A stretch of DNA of 16,031 nucleotides from a virus. The notes beneath the pieces are model-generated. The model saw nothing but the letters and a program-made list of their open reading frames with translations, ran no database searches and was not told where the DNA came from. Made by a program: the position numbers and the translations under genes. Shown piece after piece: positions 13,956-16,031 of this stretch. The stretch spans positions 1-16,031 of IMG/VR virus record IMGVR_UViG_3300045988_092906; one strand, 5' to 3'. Each line of letters opens with the position of its first letter. Within the stretch, counting starts at the first letter, position 1.

Positions 13956-14663
13956 TTATTCTTTTTCAATAACAATATCCTGTTCTTGAAGAAATTCTTG
14001 AAAATCTTCTGTAGTGCTAAGCACACCCATTCTGTGCAAAATATTCCAAAAGACAGCATCAACTGTAGCTTTATCCATATATGGTTCGGTTGGAAATGCT
14101 TCGGGTTCTTTAGAATATGTATACGCAAATAACGCTCTTTCTTTATCTGATGCATTGTATAATAAAGCGTCTGTTTTTTCACGTAAATAATCAGCTGTTT
14201 TTGGTGCGAAACTTTCTAAAGAATCATACCATGAATCAATAATAGCTTCATAATCTAATACAGGTGTTGCTATATTAACTCTAATACCTTTCTTTAGTAT
14301 CATCTTTAATTCCTTTAATCCATAATCATGAATTCTTGCGTATTCCTGTTCTTGTGGTGTTAGTTTTATAAATATTCTATTTCTTTCAAGTGCTTTTTTA
14401 CGCCCGTACTCTTTAGCGGTTATTGCCTCGCCTGTAAGCATATCAATAACTGTCGCGTTTTTTCGTATTTCTTTAGCTGTCTGTTTTTTCAATCTTTCAA
14501 TAGAAGCTTGTGTTGGATTTTTAACACGCTTTATTATCTTTACTTGTACACCTTGTTTTTGCTGATTTCTAACACGTGCTAAATACTTATTATATTCTTT
14601 ATTGTATTGCTGTTGCAAAATAGAGGCTTTTGTGTGTTTCTTTTTTATTCGCTTATTTGCCAT
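13956..14663 (-). CDS. Candidate terminal protein (replication primer), 235 aa
   Basis: It lies immediately upstream of the polymerase gene, as in phi29 (gene 3 then gene 2), and its size is close to phi29 TP (266 aa). The N-terminus is strongly basic (MANKRIKKKHTK...RVRNQQKQGVQVKIIKRVK). The genome has ITRs and a protein-primed-type polymerase. I did not recognise direct sequence similarity. Confidence 0.55.
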   Translation of the reverse strand: MANKRIKKKHTKASILQQQYNKEYNKYLARVRNQQKQGVQVKIIKRVKNPTQASIERLKKQTAKEIRKNATVIDMLTGEAITAKEYGRKKALERNRIFIKLTPQEQEYARIHDYGLKELKMILKKGIRVNIATPVLDYEAIIDSWYDSLESFAPKTADYLREKTDALLYNASDKERALFAYTYSKEPEAFPTEPYMDKATVDAVFWNILHRMGVLSTTEDFQEFLQEQDIVIEKE

Positions 14664-14666
14664 GGT

Positions 14667-14861
14667 TTAATTGCCCTCCTTTTGTACTTTTCTTAACAAT
14701 AAGCCATGTGGAACACGGGTATACTCAATATAATCCCCCGCATGAATATCTAAGTCTTTGATTGCTTCTTTTGGGAGCATGACACGGGCGGTATAACCAC
14801 CCGAGCCACTTTTCGTGAACATTACTTTATAACGTAATAACGCATTTGTTAATTTTGCCAT
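14667..14861 (-). CDS. AbrB/SpoVT/MazE-type (looped-hinge helix) DNA-binding protein, 64 aa
   Basis: The pattern ARVMLPKEAIKDLDIHAGDYIEYTRVPHGLLLRKV fits the SpoVT-AbrB domain signature (xRVxIPKExRxxLgIxxGDxvEi...). RBS AAGGAGGAAAAAATATG. The first 33 nt lie inside the ITR. Confidence 0.6.
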   Translation of the reverse strand: MAKLTNALLRYKVMFTKSGSGGYTARVMLPKEAIKDLDIHAGDYIEYTRVPHGLLLRKVQKEGN

Positions 14862-14873
14862 ATTTTTTCCTCC

Positions 14874-15338
14874 TTATAAAATATTAAACACTTTCCACGT
14901 AAACTCTGAGAAATGTTCCGCTATAAATGATACAGAAGATAAGAACAAATATAATAAAAAGGTTGCCATGATTATGACTGATAAGACCCCTAAGAAAGAT
15001 GATATTTTTTCTAATTTGGTGTATGTCTCTTTTTCTTCTGTAGGTATTTGTCTTGTTATCCATTCTGTAGGAGTTTCATGCAATGTTTCACGTGAAACAT
15101 TATCTGAATCGATTTTATGATTTTGAAATGTCTCTATATAGTCTTTATTTCCCTTAGTATCAATGGTATAGGCTTCTCCATCAAAACCCACATAAATGTT
15201 TTTATTAGTATACAAATTTTCTACCCAGTAGGGTTCGTCTACAAATAAGGCTATGTAGTTGTTTAGTGAGTTTTCAGTGTGAAAGTCGTGTATTTCTACC
15301 CCAAAATCTGTGATATTATGTAATCTGTATTTAATCAT
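14874..15338 (-). CDS. Hypothetical early protein, 154 aa, with a C-terminal TM anchor (ITR copy 2)
   Basis: Translation identical to 694-1158. Confidence 0.7.
   Translation of the reverse strand: MIKYRLHNITDFGVEIHDFHTENSLNNYIALFVDEPYWVENLYTNKNIYVGFDGEAYTIDTKGNKDYIETFQNHKIDSDNVSRETLHETPTEWITRQIPTEEKETYTKLEKISSFLGVLSVIIMATFLLYLFLSSVSFIAEHFSEFTWKVFNIL
15082..15101. repeat. Copy of the conserved palindrome AATGTTTCACGTGAAACATT (mirror of 931-950)
   Basis: Read directly from the sequence: CAATGTTTCACGTGAAACATTATC. Confidence 0.9.
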
Positions 15339-15756
15339 TTTTACCTCTCCTTAAAAATCTTGAATAATATCTTGTTCCCCATATATTGTCTATAGAATTT
15401 AAAATAACCTCATATTTACTATAGTCTACGTCATTAATTTGTTGACATAATGTTGCTACTCTGCCCCATTGAATATGAAAACTATCTCTAGCATTATCAT
15501 ATAAACCCCCTAACACATCTTTAAAAAATTCAATTAATTCTACACTAATACTTGTACTAAATATATATAATTCATCTTTAATATAAAAACAATAACAAGT
15601 ATTATCTATTGAAGCCGTAACAATAGAATCTTTAGTGCTATACCTCTGCACTATTGTTAATAAGGATTCGTCTGTGTATAACGCCTCACTTCTAACTATG
15701 TGCCCTGTATTAGAATTAATTACAACGACTTTAACTCTATTAATTTCTTCGTTCAT
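15331..15756 (-). CDS. Hypothetical early protein, 141 aa (ITR copy 2)
   Basis: Translation identical to 276-701. Confidence 0.7.
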   Translation of the reverse strand: MNEEINRVKVVVINSNTGHIVRSEALYTDESLLTIVQRYSTKDSIVTASIDNTCYCFYIKDELYIFSTSISVELIEFFKDVLGGLYDNARDSFHIQWGRVATLCQQINDVDYSKYEVILNSIDNIWGTRYYSRFLRRGKND

Positions 15757-15866
15757 TTTTTATACCTCCTTTTTAACATAAAACCATCAACAGTGCTAGA
15801 CTTCATAATATCACAAAGTTCCTTACCAAAGCTATCCCATATTTTTTCGTCATATTTAATCTTCAT
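15753..15866 (-). CDS. Small hypothetical early protein, 37 aa (ITR copy 2)
   Basis: Mirror of 166-279 within the ITR. Confidence 0.45.
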   Translation of the reverse strand: MKIKYDEKIWDSFGKELCDIMKSSTVDGFMLKRRYKK

Positions 15867-15936
15867 TTTTATTCCTCCTTTTCATAGTATCTTTTTTCCC
15901 TCCTTATATTTACTAGGTTTCCTTGTTTCTATAATT

Positions 15937-15965
15937 ATAATACCACACGCTTGTTCGTTTGTCAA
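15937..15965 (-). promoter_or_regulatory. Inward-reading sigma-A-type early promoter in ITR-R, heading the replication operon
   Basis: Mirror of 67-95: TTGACA (15965-15960), 17 nt, TGgTATTAT. I found no other promoter before the polymerase gene. Confidence 0.65.
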
Positions 15966-16031
15966 GTATTTTTTCGTGCTTTTTTAATCAAAAGGGTGTC
16001 GTGCTCTCATTGGGAATAACGTAAGCCTTTT

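Larger units (their letters stand above)
14829..16031 (-). repeat. Right inverted terminal repeat (ITR-R), 1203 bp
   Basis: Reverse complement of 1-1203 (see ITR-L). The inner boundary falls inside codon 11/12 of the AbrB-like gene. Confidence 0.9.

Noticed and set aside
14165-14180. TTTTCACGTAAAT inside the terminal-protein gene, as an additional degenerate palindrome copy
   Set aside because: Only one half-site matches and the central CACGTG is broken. Other isolated CACGTG sites (near 5531, 7085 and 14575) also lack the flanking arms.
13931-14182. 83-aa minus-strand ORF overlapping the terminal-protein gene in another frame
   Set aside because: It is nested in the 235-aa ORF, has no RBS, and runs across the polymerase RBS and start.
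1-16031. Lysogeny module, tRNAs, or defence/anti-defence islands
   Set aside because: Nothing resembling an integrase, a recombinase or a CI/Cro pair was seen, and there was no tRNA-like cloverleaf. Every gap longer than 100 bp is accounted for by promoters, terminators, palindromes or the candidate RNA.

Overview
This 16,031-bp window reads as a complete linear genome of a small phi29-like podophage (protein-primed replication, Picovirinae/Salasmaviridae type) from a low-GC Gram-positive host. It is bounded by 1,203-bp inverted terminal repeats (1-1203 is the reverse complement of 14829-16031) that begin 5'-AAAAGG. Each ITR carries an inward-firing consensus sigma-A-type promoter and three small genes. 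Everything between the ITRs is on the minus strand. In transcription order: an AbrB-like regulator, a candidate terminal protein, a family-B protein-primed DNA polymerase, p6-like and p5-like small proteins, and a gp16-like packaging ATPase. Then comes an ORF-free stretch with its own consensus promoter (a candidate pRNA-like structured RNA). After that: holin, GH25 endolysin, gp13-like tail lysin, scaffold, major capsid, tail knob, portal, lower collar and two fibre proteins, ending at a bidirectional terminator. Three things stand out. (i) A buried copy of the genome terminus at 1195-1254 is joined to the ITR through a 9-nt microhomology, which appears to record how a ~66-bp ITR grew to 1.2 kb. 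(ii) An exact 18-bp palindrome, ATGTTTCACGTGAAACAT, occurs six times, plus two degenerate copies, mostly at module boundaries. (iii) A promoter-driven, self-complementary non-coding region sits next to the ATPase gene. I saw no integrase, CI-type repressor, tRNA or CRISPR array. All homology statements come from reading motifs by eye and from memory of phi29 protein sequences, not from searches.
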